The notes beneath the pieces were generated by a model. It saw only the letters and a list, made by a program, of their open reading frames with translations, searched no databases and had not been told where the DNA came from. From Phycisphaeraceae bacterium (GTDB taxonomy: Bacteria; Planctomycetota; Phycisphaerae; Phycisphaerales; Phycisphaeraceae), in NCBI GenBank assembly GCA_965214155.1, contig CBDCBB010000004.1, positions 84,248 through 148,247 on the forward strand: a stretch of DNA of 64,000 bases. The letters are read 5' to 3'. Shown here one piece after another: positions 20,229 through 30,078 of the stretch. Every line of letters begins with the position of its first letter. The first letter of the stretch is position 1. The position numbers and the translations under genes were made by a program.

Positions 20229-22487
20229 ATGAGCGATCCATTATTGACGAGCGGCCTTGGGGTGTGCGGGTTTGTCGAGCGACGTAATCGACTGATGCAG
20301 CGGGTCTACCGCCCATTGCCCAATGGCGTCAGCACGTTCGTGCTGGGCGAGGCGACGGTTCGGGTGACGGGGCAGGTCGAGGCTGCGGCCGGCGACGGCG
20401 AGAACGCGCCGCGGCGGGTGGCGGTCGGCTTCGAGGTCATCAGCGGTCAAGTGTCGTCGGGCAGCTTTGGGCTGACGATGCGGCTGCCCGACTGGCGGCG
20501 GGACGACTACCTCGCGATGCCGGCCGCGGTCTACGCGGGCAACCGCTTCCGCTCCCGGCTGATGCGGTACCCACCGATGGCGATCCACCCGGAGGACCAG
20601 GGCCCCGACGTCGCCACGACCATCAGCGACGTGCCGCGGCTGAGCCTCGGCGAGGGGCCGTCGTCCGTCGCCCTGCTGGCGGGGGACTTGGCCTTGCCCG
20701 CGTTCGGGGTGTGGCACGCCCGGACTCGCCGGGGGCTGTGGCTCCGCGGGCCGGCGACCACCGCGTGGGGTGCGCCGGCCTACGTCGCCGAAGAGGACGA
20801 TGACCGCACCGGGTTGCGGCTGTGCATCTTCGCCCCGGGCGTGCGGGAGGACTACCGCTACCACCAGACCGGCATCCTCCACCCCTCGGACGACACCGGC
20901 CGGCCGCTCGACGTGGGCGATCGGCTGGAGCTACATTTCCGGCTCCTCGAGTTTAACTGCCCCGACATCCCGGCCCTGTTCGAGCGGCTGTGGGACGTGC
21001 GGCAGGACATCGCCGCCGGCGGACGGCCGGTCCCGGACACGGTGCCGTTGTCCGCCGGCTTCGACCTCGTCGAGGCCAAGTACCAGCGCGACAACTGGGA
21101 CGACAGGTTCGGCTACTACCGCATCGGCGTCGGGCCGCGGAAGGTCAACTTCTGCTACCAGGCCGGCTGGGTCGGCGGGCTGATGAACACCCTGCCGCTG
21201 CTCAAGACCGGCGACGATCACGTCGTCGGCCGCGTCTGCGACACCTTCGACTTCGTCTTCCCCGACGGTCAATCCGCCTCGGGCTTCTTCCACGGCATGA
21301 GCGACGGTGAGCGGTGGACCGGCGACCGCCTGCCCCCGGCCCACCCGCCGCTCAGAGAACCCGAGGCCGACCACTGGCACCTCACCCGCAAGTCGGCGGA
21401 CGTGTTGTACTTCCTCTTCCACCACTTCGCCGCGTTCGAGGCGCTAGGCCACGGCGGGCGCGTCAAGCCCGCCTGGGTCGACGGAACGCGGCGGTGTGCC
21501 GACGCCTTCTGCACCCTGTGGGACCGGCACGGCCAATTCGGCCAGTTCGTCGACACCCGCGACGGCGGCATCATCGTCGGCAACTCGACCGCCGCGGGCA
21601 TCGCCCCCGGCGGGCTCGCCTACGCCGCCGACTACTTCGACCAGCCGCGCTACCTCCGCGTCGCCCGCGCCGCGGCCGAGGACTATCTCCACCGCTTCGT
21701 CCGCCGAGGCTACACCACCGGCGGGCCGGGCGAGATCCTGCAGAACCCCGACAGCGAATCCTGCTTCGGCCTGTTCGAGTCGATGATCGCCCTGCACGAG
21801 GTTACCGGTGAGGCCCGCTGGCTCGACCTCGCCGCCGCCGTCGCGGACCAGGCCCAGTCCTGGGTGGTCGACTACGACTTCCCGTTCCCCCCCGGCTCGG
21901 AGTTCGGGCGGCACGGCCTGCACTCGCGCGGGGCGGTCTTCGCCAACACGCAGAACAAGCACGGCGCCCCGGGCATCTGCACCCTCTCGGGCGTGGGCCT
22001 GCTCAAGCTGTACCGGGCCACGGGCAAGCGGCGGTACCTCGACCTGTTGCTCGACATTGCGCGGGCCCTGCCGCAGTGCGTCTCGCGCGCCGACCGGCCG
22101 ATCATGTCGCGGGAGGGGCCGGCCTTGCCCGAGGGGTGGATCAACGAGCGGGTGAACACCAGCGACTGGGACAGCAACGTGGGCGGGGTCTTCTACGCGT
22201 CGTGCTGGCCGGAGGTGAGCCTGATGCTGACCTTTACCGAGGTGCCCGGCGTGTACGCCGAGCCGGACACGGGACGCATCTGGTGCATCGACCACGTCCG
22301 CGCCGCATGGGCCGACGACGCGGAGCGCGACGCGCTGACGCTGCACAACCCTACGCCGTTTGACGCCCGGGTGACGGTGCTCGCAGAGTCCGCGGCTCAA
22401 CGGGCGCAGCCGCTGCGGTGGGACCCGCTGGCGGCGGCGCATCACCTGTCGGTCGCGGCCGGGCAAAGCGTATCGATCCGCCTGTAG
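20229..22487 (+). CDS. Uncharacterised 752-aa protein, probable (alpha/alpha)6-barrel glycosidase-like fold with N-terminal beta domain
   Basis: Long GC3-biased ORF; helical repeats YLRVARAAAE, WLDLAAAVAD, YLDLLLDIA; conserved-looking GWVGG, PDSES, SCWPE. Confidence 0.65.
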   Translation: MSDPLLTSGLGVCGFVERRNRLMQRVYRPLPNGVSTFVLGEATVRVTGQVEAAAGDGENAPRRVAVGFEVISGQVSSGSFGLTMRLPDWRRDDYLAMPAAVYAGNRFRSRLMRYPPMAIHPEDQGPDVATTISDVPRLSLGEGPSSVALLAGDLALPAFGVWHARTRRGLWLRGPATTAWGAPAYVAEEDDDRTGLRLCIFAPGVREDYRYHQTGILHPSDDTGRPLDVGDRLELHFRLLEFNCPDIPALFERLWDVRQDIAAGGRPVPDTVPLSAGFDLVEAKYQRDNWDDRFGYYRIGVGPRKVNFCYQAGWVGGLMNTLPLLKTGDDHVVGRVCDTFDFVFPDGQSASGFFHGMSDGERWTGDRLPPAHPPLREPEADHWHLTRKSADVLYFLFHHFAAFEALGHGGRVKPAWVDGTRRCADAFCTLWDRHGQFGQFVDTRDGGIIVGNSTAAGIAPGGLAYAADYFDQPRYLRVARAAAEDYLHRFVRRGYTTGGPGEILQNPDSESCFGLFESMIALHEVTGEARWLDLAAAVADQAQSWVVDYDFPFPPGSEFGRHGLHSRGAVFANTQNKHGAPGICTLSGVGLLKLYRATGKRRYLDLLLDIARALPQCVSRADRPIMSREGPALPEGWINERVNTSDWDSNVGGVFYASCWPEVSLMLTFTEVPGVYAEPDTGRIWCIDHVRAAWADDAERDALTLHNPTPFDARVTVLAESAAQRAQPLRWDPLAAAHHLSVAAGQSVSIRL

Positions 22488-22561
22488 CCGCGCCGCCCGC
22501 AGCGACTGATAAACGCAACAACACACATCAGCGAAACTGAAATGTGGTGCTGTCAACCGAG

Positions 22562-23500
22562 TTAGTGCATTTCCACCGACACCTCGCCGATGCCTCCGCG
22601 GTAGTAGCTGAAGGTGACGTGGGGGTGGTCGGCGAGGAGGCTCATGGGCACGGCCGCGTCGGCGATGCCCTTGCTGATCATCAGCGCCGTGAGGCGGATG
22701 CCGAAGGGGTTGTCGTGGTGCCCGGGGTGCCAGATGCTCACGCGGTCGGCCTTCCACGTCTCACGCGGGCCGACGGTGCAGGCCCGCGTCGGCACGCTCG
22801 GGACATACCCCCCGCCCGAGGTCCGCGCGTTCTGGATCACCGTCATCGGGTGCAGGTCCGTCACCCGCGTGCCGAGCTTGCGGTAGTCCCCGGGGCTCGG
22901 CGGGGCATCCTTATATTCACCCTCGCGTTTGGGCGGGTCGTTGAACGCCCAGTGCTTGACCTCGCCCTGCCCGCCCTGCATCACCACGCAGCGGACGTCG
23001 TCGTAGCTCTTGCTGTACGCCTCGAGGTCGCCGGTGGGGAAGTGCAGATTGGCCGCCGGCACCGCGAGCTCGGGGTCGATGCGGTCGAAGCAAAGCTGCT
23101 TGTCCGCCCGGGCGAAGCTCAGGGGGAAGGTCTCGTCCACCGGCCGGTCGTTGGCGTCGACCCACTCGTCCATGCCCCAGAAGTGCGCCTCGTGCCTGCC
23201 CAGGTCCAGCCCTATCGCGTTGACCATCTGCGCCACGAGCGGAAGCTGCTCGGTCGGTCCGATAGGGCCGCAGATGCCCGCGGGGTTGTCGGGGGTGCTC
23301 TGCCGCCAGGCGTCGATGTACTCGAGCGCCTCGGCGCAGAAAAACTCGGGCAGCGTGTCATAGATGCGGACGTCAAACCCCGGGCGGGCAAGCTGCACAA
23401 GGTCGTCGGCGGTGAGGCCAGCGGCATCGCGGAGCAGGTCCTCGTCGAGGGTGGTGTAGTCCCACCAGCCGGGGGCAACTTTGCTGATCGGTCGGAGCAT
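22562..23500 (-). CDS. Glucosamine-6-phosphate isomerase/deaminase (NagB)-like protein
   Basis: [35 protein letters not shown]; resembles PVC-type NagB-like proteins. Confidence 0.75.
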   Translation of the reverse strand: MLRPISKVAPGWWDYTTLDEDLLRDAAGLTADDLVQLARPGFDVRIYDTLPEFFCAEALEYIDAWRQSTPDNPAGICGPIGPTEQLPLVAQMVNAIGLDLGRHEAHFWGMDEWVDANDRPVDETFPLSFARADKQLCFDRIDPELAVPAANLHFPTGDLEAYSKSYDDVRCVVMQGGQGEVKHWAFNDPPKREGEYKDAPPSPGDYRKLGTRVTDLHPMTVIQNARTSGGGYVPSVPTRACTVGPRETWKADRVSIWHPGHHDNPFGIRLTALMISKGIADAAVPMSLLADHPHVTFSYYRGGIGEVSVEMH

Positions 23501-23514
23501 GCGTGGCCTTTCGT

Positions 23515-24282
23515 TTAGCGGAGTGAGAGTGTGGCGGCGAGCGGGTCGTCCTGCGGGAAGCCGTGGCCGCGGTGCTGGACGAACGCCTCGGCGAAGGCGG
23601 TGCCGAGCGAGGTGCCGCGGGCCGCGCCGTGCTTCTGCATGGCGTCGAGGTATTCGTCCATGCCGTGATGGGCGCGGAGCCAGTCGCGCTGCGAGGCGTG
23701 GCGGGCGAGCATCTCCCGCTTGCGGGGCATCACGTCGGTGATGTCGATGAGCACCGAGGGCGTCACCATCTCGCCGGTGTAAGGGTCATGGCCCTCGAGC
23801 GGGTCGACGTAGTAGAGGTGCGGGACCCGCGCCCCGTCGGGCACGGCGGCCGTCGAAGCGTTGGGGATGGCGAAGGCGAACGCGGCGCTACGGGCGAGCA
23901 GGTGGACCTGCTCGTGGTCGAGCATGTAGTCCCGCCGGGGGTGGGTCATCACCAGCGTCGGGTTGACCGCGCGGAACAGGTCGATGCAGAGGCGGTTGCT
24001 CGCGTGGTCAAAGATCACGTCGACGTCGCGGAGGCCGAGGCAGTGGTACGTCGCACCAATGAGTGCCGCGGCGGCGGCGGCCTCCTCACGGCGGAGGGCG
24101 GCGATGGCGTCGGGGCCGAGCGTGGCGCTGCCGCAGTCGCCGGCGGTGGCGGTGGCGATGTGGACCTCCCACCCCGCGTCCGCGAGGCGGGCGAGCGTCC
24201 CGCCGCAGAGGATTTCCGCGTCGTCGGGGTGAGCCAGCATCGCCAGCACGACGCGGCGAACGTTAGACGAGAGGTCGATCAA
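23515..24282 (-). CDS. PIG-L/LmbE family deacetylase
   Basis: [33 protein letters not shown]; start TTG 24282. Confidence 0.9.
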   Translation of the reverse strand: MIDLSSNVRRVVLAMLAHPDDAEILCGGTLARLADAGWEVHIATATAGDCGSATLGPDAIAALRREEAAAAAALIGATYHCLGLRDVDVIFDHASNRLCIDLFRAVNPTLVMTHPRRDYMLDHEQVHLLARSAAFAFAIPNASTAAVPDGARVPHLYYVDPLEGHDPYTGEMVTPSVLIDITDVMPRKREMLARHASQRDWLRAHHGMDEYLDAMQKHGAARGTSLGTAFAEAFVQHRGHGFPQDDPLAATLSLR

Positions 24283-24321
24283 GTGACACCTGCCTGTACC
24301 ACGCTCATCGGCGTATCGTAT

Positions 24322-24335
24322 GCAAAGCGGTTTGC
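24322..24335. promoter_or_regulatory. Candidate LacI-family operator upstream of the PIG-L/NagB-like operon
   Basis: GCAAA-G-CG-G-TTTGC palindrome with AANCGNTT core, next to a minus-strand TACGAT -10 (24320-24315). Confidence 0.55.
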
Positions 24336-24665
24336 CGCGCTTGGAACGTGCAAAGTTAGGCCGCAATCGCCGACCCTCACCCGCGGGAACGGGAAGCCAC
24401 GTGGGGCCCCACGAGGGGTTGGCGATGTTGAGCCCGTACACACCGAGGTTTGAGAAGAAGTTGAAGCTGAAAGTCCAGCGGTTGCCGAGTCCGATCCGCA
24501 AGCCCGCCACGTCCCGCCTGAAGGGGCCGTGCGACGGCAAATAACGCTTGATCTGCGGTGGCCGCAGTGTGGCAGGCCGCGACCATCACCCCGAACCCGT
24601 CCCGCACCGGTTGTGACTCCGACTCGTATCAGCCGTCACGACGGCTCCCCCATCCCGCGGGTCCC

Positions 24666-26696
24666 TCACCCCCGGACCACGATGGTGTTGTGGATGTGCA
24701 CGCTCGGCACGGTGATGCGGAGGGTGCCCCGGGTCCAGGACCAGTCGATCGGCTCGCGGTCGTAAGCGGAGATGACGGAGCGCGGCTTCGCAGGCAGGGG
24801 GACACGCAGCCGGATCGGTCCAACGCGTGGAATCTCATCGACGGCCGGCACGTTCGGCTGAAGGAGCAGGCCGCTGGCGTTATTGATGAGGTGGACCATG
24901 AGCGGGATATTCTTGCGGCGGCGCATCACCACATCGACACAAGCCGGGCCTTGTACCGCGGCCAGCCGCTTATCCGCCAGTTCGCGGACCACTTCGGCGA
25001 CGAAGGCACGGAGTTCGGGGTAGCGGAGGCCGGTGAAGACCGTGAAAACGTCCCACGGCACGTAAGCCACAGCCCCCTTGCCGACCCTGCGGAGCACGGC
25101 GGCGGGATGCGTGGTAGCCGAGTCCTCATCCAGCAGAACATCGCGGTACAGCGGCGACAGCACCGTCGCGTCGTTCACCGTGGTGAGGCGGACGCGTTCG
25201 AGGTACAGCGGACTCGCGCCGCCGCCCCCGGAGACGGCCAAGTCCTGGGCCTCCGCCACCTTGCCTTCGGCGACACCGAGGAACGCGCCGCCGAAGCGGT
25301 CGAAGGCGTCGACGCCGGTCACGAGCAGCCGGCCGCCGGTTTCGACATAAGCCTTGAGGTCTTCGAGCATGCCGTCGGACATGCGGTGGGCCTCCGGCAC
25401 CACGACGAGCGGGAAGTCGCTCAGCCGCGGGCGCAGCGCCCACTCGTCGAGCACGTCCACGGGCAATTGCGACTCGACGAGCGTGATAACCGCGGCCTGC
25501 ACGGGGCGGAGGTCCACGCCGTGCTTCAGATTCGGCCCGTTGGCCGACGCCCAAAGCGCGTGTTCCGAGTGCAGCACGGCGATCTGCGGGAAGGCGTCGC
25601 TGCCGCGGCAGAGCTTGCGGCGTCGCTTGACGAACCGGCCGACCTCGCCGATACGGTCGGCCCGCCACCCCGACAGCCGCCCGTCGCGGACGCCCGGGAC
25701 CGTCTCATAGACCTGCACCCCCCCGCCCAACGCGACGACCGTTGCCGCCTCCTGCATGAGCATCTGCGCCGGCTTCGCAACGGGGGGATACTCCTTCTTA
25801 TTGAACCGCTGGGCGTAGTAGAAGTTCCAGAGCATCAGGTCCCACGGCTTGCCCCGCGTCGAGATGAACCGGCACTCGCAGCGCCCGCTGTCCAGGCTCC
25901 ACGCCCACACGTTGTCCCCGCTGATCCAGTCGGTCGGCACCCTCGGCTCGCCCGGGTGCCCGAAGGTCTGCAGCCAGTTGGAGCACACCTTTACACCCGG
26001 ACGGTGCCCGTGCACCGCCTCGACGTAGCGGGTCACGTAGGCCTCGAAGCTGTCGAGGGTGAACTTCCACCATGTCGGCCAGTCGGGGTCGGTCGGCTCG
26101 GCGGGGGGCTCTGGCTTGCCGGTCTGCTCGCGGTAGGCGGCGCGGCAGCGGTCGCAGTAGCACGGCTGGGCCGCCCACAGGTCCCCGTCGATCCAGAACC
26201 CGTCGACGTCGTAGCGGTCGACGAGCTCCTTCATCTGCGGGATCATGAACTCCTCGAGGTACCCGCCACGGGGACACATGACCTCGTGGGCAAAGCCGCC
26301 GGCGTTCTGCTTCAGCTCGCCCTGCTGCTCGACGGGCTTAACGGGGGTGACGACCCAGTGCGGGTTCTTCGCCGCGGCCGCGCCGTCCCAGATGCCCGAG
26401 TAGTGGCAGTGCAGGGGCAGCCCCAGCCGCCGGGTCGCCTCGCGCCAGCAGGCCAGCGCGTCGTGCGTCAGCCCGTCAGGCACCGAGGCGTGCTCGACCT
26501 CGCTGAACCAGCTCGTATAGCCGGGGTGGCCTTTGCAGTCGGTCTGGACGAACTCGGCGCCCATGCGCTCGAAGGCGGCGGTCAGCGCGTCCGCGTCGCA
26601 GCGGGTGCCGAGGGTGGTGTCGGCGGCATTCGCGTGCAGGTCGTAGTGCAGGCCAAAGTGTCGGTGGTTGCCGTACCAGTCGCCCTGATTCGCCAT
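24666..26696 (-). CDS. GHL6 / GH151-like (fucosidase-like) hydrolase with beta-galactosidase-trimerisation-like domain
   Basis: HFGLHYDLH, QTDCKGHPG, YDVDGFWIDG, C-terminal LVVVPE...GGRLL. Confidence 0.7.
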   Translation of the reverse strand: MANQGDWYGNHRHFGLHYDLHANAADTTLGTRCDADALTAAFERMGAEFVQTDCKGHPGYTSWFSEVEHASVPDGLTHDALACWREATRRLGLPLHCHYSGIWDGAAAAKNPHWVVTPVKPVEQQGELKQNAGGFAHEVMCPRGGYLEEFMIPQMKELVDRYDVDGFWIDGDLWAAQPCYCDRCRAAYREQTGKPEPPAEPTDPDWPTWWKFTLDSFEAYVTRYVEAVHGHRPGVKVCSNWLQTFGHPGEPRVPTDWISGDNVWAWSLDSGRCECRFISTRGKPWDLMLWNFYYAQRFNKKEYPPVAKPAQMLMQEAATVVALGGGVQVYETVPGVRDGRLSGWRADRIGEVGRFVKRRRKLCRGSDAFPQIAVLHSEHALWASANGPNLKHGVDLRPVQAAVITLVESQLPVDVLDEWALRPRLSDFPLVVVPEAHRMSDGMLEDLKAYVETGGRLLVTGVDAFDRFGGAFLGVAEGKVAEAQDLAVSGGGGASPLYLERVRLTTVNDATVLSPLYRDVLLDEDSATTHPAAVLRRVGKGAVAYVPWDVFTVFTGLRYPELRAFVAEVVRELADKRLAAVQGPACVDVVMRRRKNIPLMVHLINNASGLLLQPNVPAVDEIPRVGPIRLRVPLPAKPRSVISAYDREPIDWSWTRGTLRITVPSVHIHNTIVVRG

Positions 26697-26733
26697 GGGA
26701 TCGCCTCGAAGGTCACGGGGGTGAGATTAACGG

Positions 26734-27597
26734 CTAGTCGCCGGGGAGCGCCGGGGTGATCTGCAGGTGGGCCCACTGCTCGTACCGGTGCAGCAGCGGG
26801 CGGCGGAAACGGGGGTAGGCGGTCAGCTCAACCAGCGACAGGTAGCGGGAGAAGTTGTACCGGCCCAGGGCGACGCGCCAATCGGTGCCGGCCCCGGCGT
26901 CGCCCTCAGGCGTGTGGGCGTCGGTGTGCTGGAAGAGGCGGGCGAGAGGGACGGCCAGCTCCGCGGTCCAGCCGCGGTCCCGGTCGGTCCAGTCGTTGAG
27001 CGTGCCATCTACCGTTATGGCGGTCCGCAGGCCGGCGGTATCGCTGAGGTTGCTCGCGAGGCCGAACCGTCCGCGGCCGGGGTAGTAAAACGTGGTCCGG
27101 CCACCGGCGGGCGTGGCGTACAGTTCCCAGTACCCGTCGGCATCCGCGGGCTTGAGGAACAGTTCCACGACGTCGCCGCTGAGGTAGTGGTGCTGTTGGT
27201 CGCGCGAGTCTTCCTGGACAACGTCGCTGTCGACGACTTCGAAGCCGCAGTAGAGGTGCTTGGCGTCCTGCAGGAGGTAGGCGACGGCCGACTCAGCGGG
27301 CGGGCGGACGTTGGGGCCGCCGGGGGGCGTCAGCTCGACGCGGAGGGCCTGTTGCCACGCGGGCTCATCGAGGCGGCCGTCGAGCGTGATGCCGCCGTCG
27401 GCGACGCGGGGCAGCGGGCCCAGCCGCGGCGGGGGTACCGCGGCGGGGGGGGCCTCGGTCCGGGCGGCGACAACCGGCGGCGTCGCGGGCGGGCCGGTCG
27501 TGGCGACGCAGCTGAGCAGCGTCAGCGGTGCCGTCATGCACAACCACGCCACCGCACCGCGGCAACGGCGGCGTGTCACGGTCCCCCCGCGCCTCAT
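26734..27597 (-). CDS. CBM9-like/DOMON carbohydrate-binding lipoprotein
   Basis: LLSC lipobox; ITLDGRLDEPAW, HLYCGFEVVD, DVVELFL, GWTAELAVP; ATGA overlap with the symporter stop. Confidence 0.75.
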   Translation of the reverse strand: MRRGGTVTRRRCRGAVAWLCMTAPLTLLSCVATTGPPATPPVVAARTEAPPAAVPPPRLGPLPRVADGGITLDGRLDEPAWQQALRVELTPPGGPNVRPPAESAVAYLLQDAKHLYCGFEVVDSDVVQEDSRDQQHHYLSGDVVELFLKPADADGYWELYATPAGGRTTFYYPGRGRFGLASNLSDTAGLRTAITVDGTLNDWTDRDRGWTAELAVPLARLFQHTDAHTPEGDAGAGTDWRVALGRYNFSRYLSLVELTAYPRFRRPLLHRYEQWAHLQITPALPGD

Positions 27598-29927
27598 GGC
27601 CGACGCTCCGGCCGCGGGTCGACCTCTTCATCAACCCCGTCGGCGTCGAGGCGGTCGGGAAGCGGCGTCGTGCCGGCGTCGACCACCGGCCCGCGGGTGG
27701 GGTCCGGCGCGTCTTCGATCTGCTCGATGATGTCCACCTCGTCGGCGTTGACGTGGCCGAACACGCGGCCGTCGTCGCGGTCGTCGCGTTCGAGGTTGTT
27801 CAGCCGGCGGAACATGCGGAACAGGTCCCGCGTCGTGCCCCATGTGAACCAAACCGTCGTGACGAGGCCGATGCCGATGCCCAGGGTGATCGCTTGATAC
27901 CACCACCACCGCGTCCACCAGTAGTCCGGCCAGCGCCAGATCAGGTTCCAGACGATCTTCAGGCCCCAGAGCGATACCGTGAACAGGGTCCAGAGGAACA
28001 CCGACCAGGCGAGGATGCGGTCGCCGCGGGTGTACTGGTGGTCGATACCCAGGAGCTTGCGCAGCGCCCCGCGGAAGGAGCCGACCGGCCCCGCGGGGAC
28101 CTCGCCGGCTCGGCCGGGGGCGCGGTCGTCGGCGGCGGCGCGGTACTTGCCGCGGTGCAGCAGCCGCTCGAGGTTGTACGGTTCGCGGCAGGTCAGCAGC
28201 GACACCCCGACATACACCGCGATGCAGCCGAGCATCGTGAAGAAGTACATCTCCTGCCCGTTGATGGGGAAGCGGGCGGCGTTCAACTCCCAGGCGATCC
28301 CGGGTACGGCGTTTGAAAACGCGACGAGCCCGTTGCCGATTGAGTCGTGCAGCGCCGGCCGCGCCGCCAGCCACGGGTAGATCGTGTCGGCCCACATCTG
28401 CTGGCCGGTGAAAGCGCTGATTGCCAGGCAGGCACCGACGATCATGGTGGCCCACGCCCCCGCGGCTGTGCCCCGTTTCCAATACAGCCCGCCGAGGATG
28501 CACGCCCCCGCGCCGCCGAGGTAGACCGACCCGGTCAACGCGAAGAACATGAAGATGTAGTTGATCTGCGCGAAGAACAGGCTGAACACGAAGGCGTACA
28601 GCGCCACCCCGATCGCGGCGAGGCGTAGCAAAAGCATCTGGGTCCGAGGCTGCAGCGGGTCCTTGCGCAGCGGCACGATGAGGTCCTGGATCAGGATGCT
28701 CCCCCACGAGTGCAGGTACGTCGTATCCGTGGATATCAGAAAGAAGATCATTACGGCACAGAACGCCCCGGTGATGCCTACGGGCAGGAAGGCGCGGATC
28801 GCCACCGGCACGGTCATCTGCGTCACGATGGCGTTGTAGGTCTGCCGCTCCTTGCCCTCGAGGCCGTCGGCGATGTGGGTAAGTTCCTCAAGGCTCAGCG
28901 TTTTGGGGTCGACGCCGTTGAGCGCCGCGGCGTGGTCGGCGTTGAGGGTCTTGATCGCCAGGTTGCGGTTGACCATCTCCGCCCCGGCGGCGAAGCTGTC
29001 GTGGTGCATGTAGGTGAAGGCGGCGATAGTCACGAAAGAAATCGCCATCATCGAGAAGCCGCTACGCCACGCGCCGAGCACCCCGGCCATCTTCTGCTCG
29101 TGGGCGTTGATCGCCGCGGCGTTGTAGCCCTGGCTGCCCTGCCAGGACAGGCGGTTGTACACGCTGGCGAACACTCCGACCATCACAAAAAACAGGTTGA
29201 AGTCCCGCAGCTCGCCGATGTCGAACGGGTTCATGTAGCTCTTACCCGGCGGGCGGTCGAGCACCGCCGTCTCGATCTCCGCGAACGTGAAGAGATAGAT
29301 CACCGCGAAGAAGATCACCACGTACAGCGGGTAGCTGAGCAGGCCCTGCAACGCGTCGGACACCATGATGGTCAGCTGCCCGCCAAGCGTGACCAGCAAG
29401 ACCGCGATGCTCAGGAAGGCGAACATCACCACGGCGATGGTGGGGATGGACCAGCCGCCCCAGGTAAGGGTCACCGGCAGGTCGCAGTAGTAGATGAAGA
29501 AGCGGCCGCCCACCGCGGGAAAGATGCCGTAGTTGAAGATCCCCGCGAACGCGGAGAGCCCGCCGGTGAAGATGCGGAACCTCTTGCTGTAGCGGAGCTC
29601 GAAGAACTGGGCCATCGTCATGGCCCGCGTCTCGCGGTAGCGGTAGATCGCGAAGCCGGTGAGGGTGATGAAGATGGTGAGCAGGGGCGTGAACCCGCCC
29701 CAGAAGCCGTAGGCGTAGCCGTTGGCGTAATGCGCCTCGAACCAGGCGATGATGGTGATCAGGCCCATGCCCGCCTCGGCACCGGCGACGGTGAGCAGGT
29801 AGCGTCCCGCGACGCGGCCGCCTACGAGGAAGTCGGACACGCTCTTGACGTGCCGCTGGGTGTAGAAGCTCACCGCGGCCACGAGCAGCAGCGGCACCAG
29901 GACGATTAGCCAATCGATCCAGTGCAT
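27594..29927 (-). CDS. Sodium:solute symporter (SSS family)
   Basis: MHWIDW start, DFLVGGR, ETRAMTMAQFFELRYS, about 14 hydrophobic segments. Confidence 0.9.
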   Translation of the reverse strand: MHWIDWLIVLVPLLLVAAVSFYTQRHVKSVSDFLVGGRVAGRYLLTVAGAEAGMGLITIIAWFEAHYANGYAYGFWGGFTPLLTIFITLTGFAIYRYRETRAMTMAQFFELRYSKRFRIFTGGLSAFAGIFNYGIFPAVGGRFFIYYCDLPVTLTWGGWSIPTIAVVMFAFLSIAVLLVTLGGQLTIMVSDALQGLLSYPLYVVIFFAVIYLFTFAEIETAVLDRPPGKSYMNPFDIGELRDFNLFFVMVGVFASVYNRLSWQGSQGYNAAAINAHEQKMAGVLGAWRSGFSMMAISFVTIAAFTYMHHDSFAAGAEMVNRNLAIKTLNADHAAALNGVDPKTLSLEELTHIADGLEGKERQTYNAIVTQMTVPVAIRAFLPVGITGAFCAVMIFFLISTDTTYLHSWGSILIQDLIVPLRKDPLQPRTQMLLLRLAAIGVALYAFVFSLFFAQINYIFMFFALTGSVYLGGAGACILGGLYWKRGTAAGAWATMIVGACLAISAFTGQQMWADTIYPWLAARPALHDSIGNGLVAFSNAVPGIAWELNAARFPINGQEMYFFTMLGCIAVYVGVSLLTCREPYNLERLLHRGKYRAAADDRAPGRAGEVPAGPVGSFRGALRKLLGIDHQYTRGDRILAWSVFLWTLFTVSLWGLKIVWNLIWRWPDYWWTRWWWYQAITLGIGIGLVTTVWFTWGTTRDLFRMFRRLNNLERDDRDDGRVFGHVNADEVDIIEQIEDAPDPTRGPVVDAGTTPLPDRLDADGVDEEVDPRPERRP

Positions 29928-29977
29928 AAACCGGTCCTGCAGGGTGCGACGGCAGCGGGTAACGATGAAGCGGCGGC

Positions 29978-30001
29978 ACTATAACAACGTCGCACGTTGT
30001 T
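29978..30001 (-). promoter_or_regulatory. Extended -10 promoter with perfect palindromic operator for the SSS operon
   Basis: TG-T-TATAGT (29986-29978); AACAACGT-cgc-ACGTTGTT at 29983-30001. Confidence 0.6.
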
Positions 30002-30078
30002 GATACATGTTAGGAGAAAAATCGACCTGTCCATACCGTCGGTTCCGGGTGCTCCCGTTCACCTGATGATGGGTCCGA

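Noticed and set aside
24558-26759. 733-aa plus-strand ORF
   Set aside because: Shadow of the GHL6-like hydrolase
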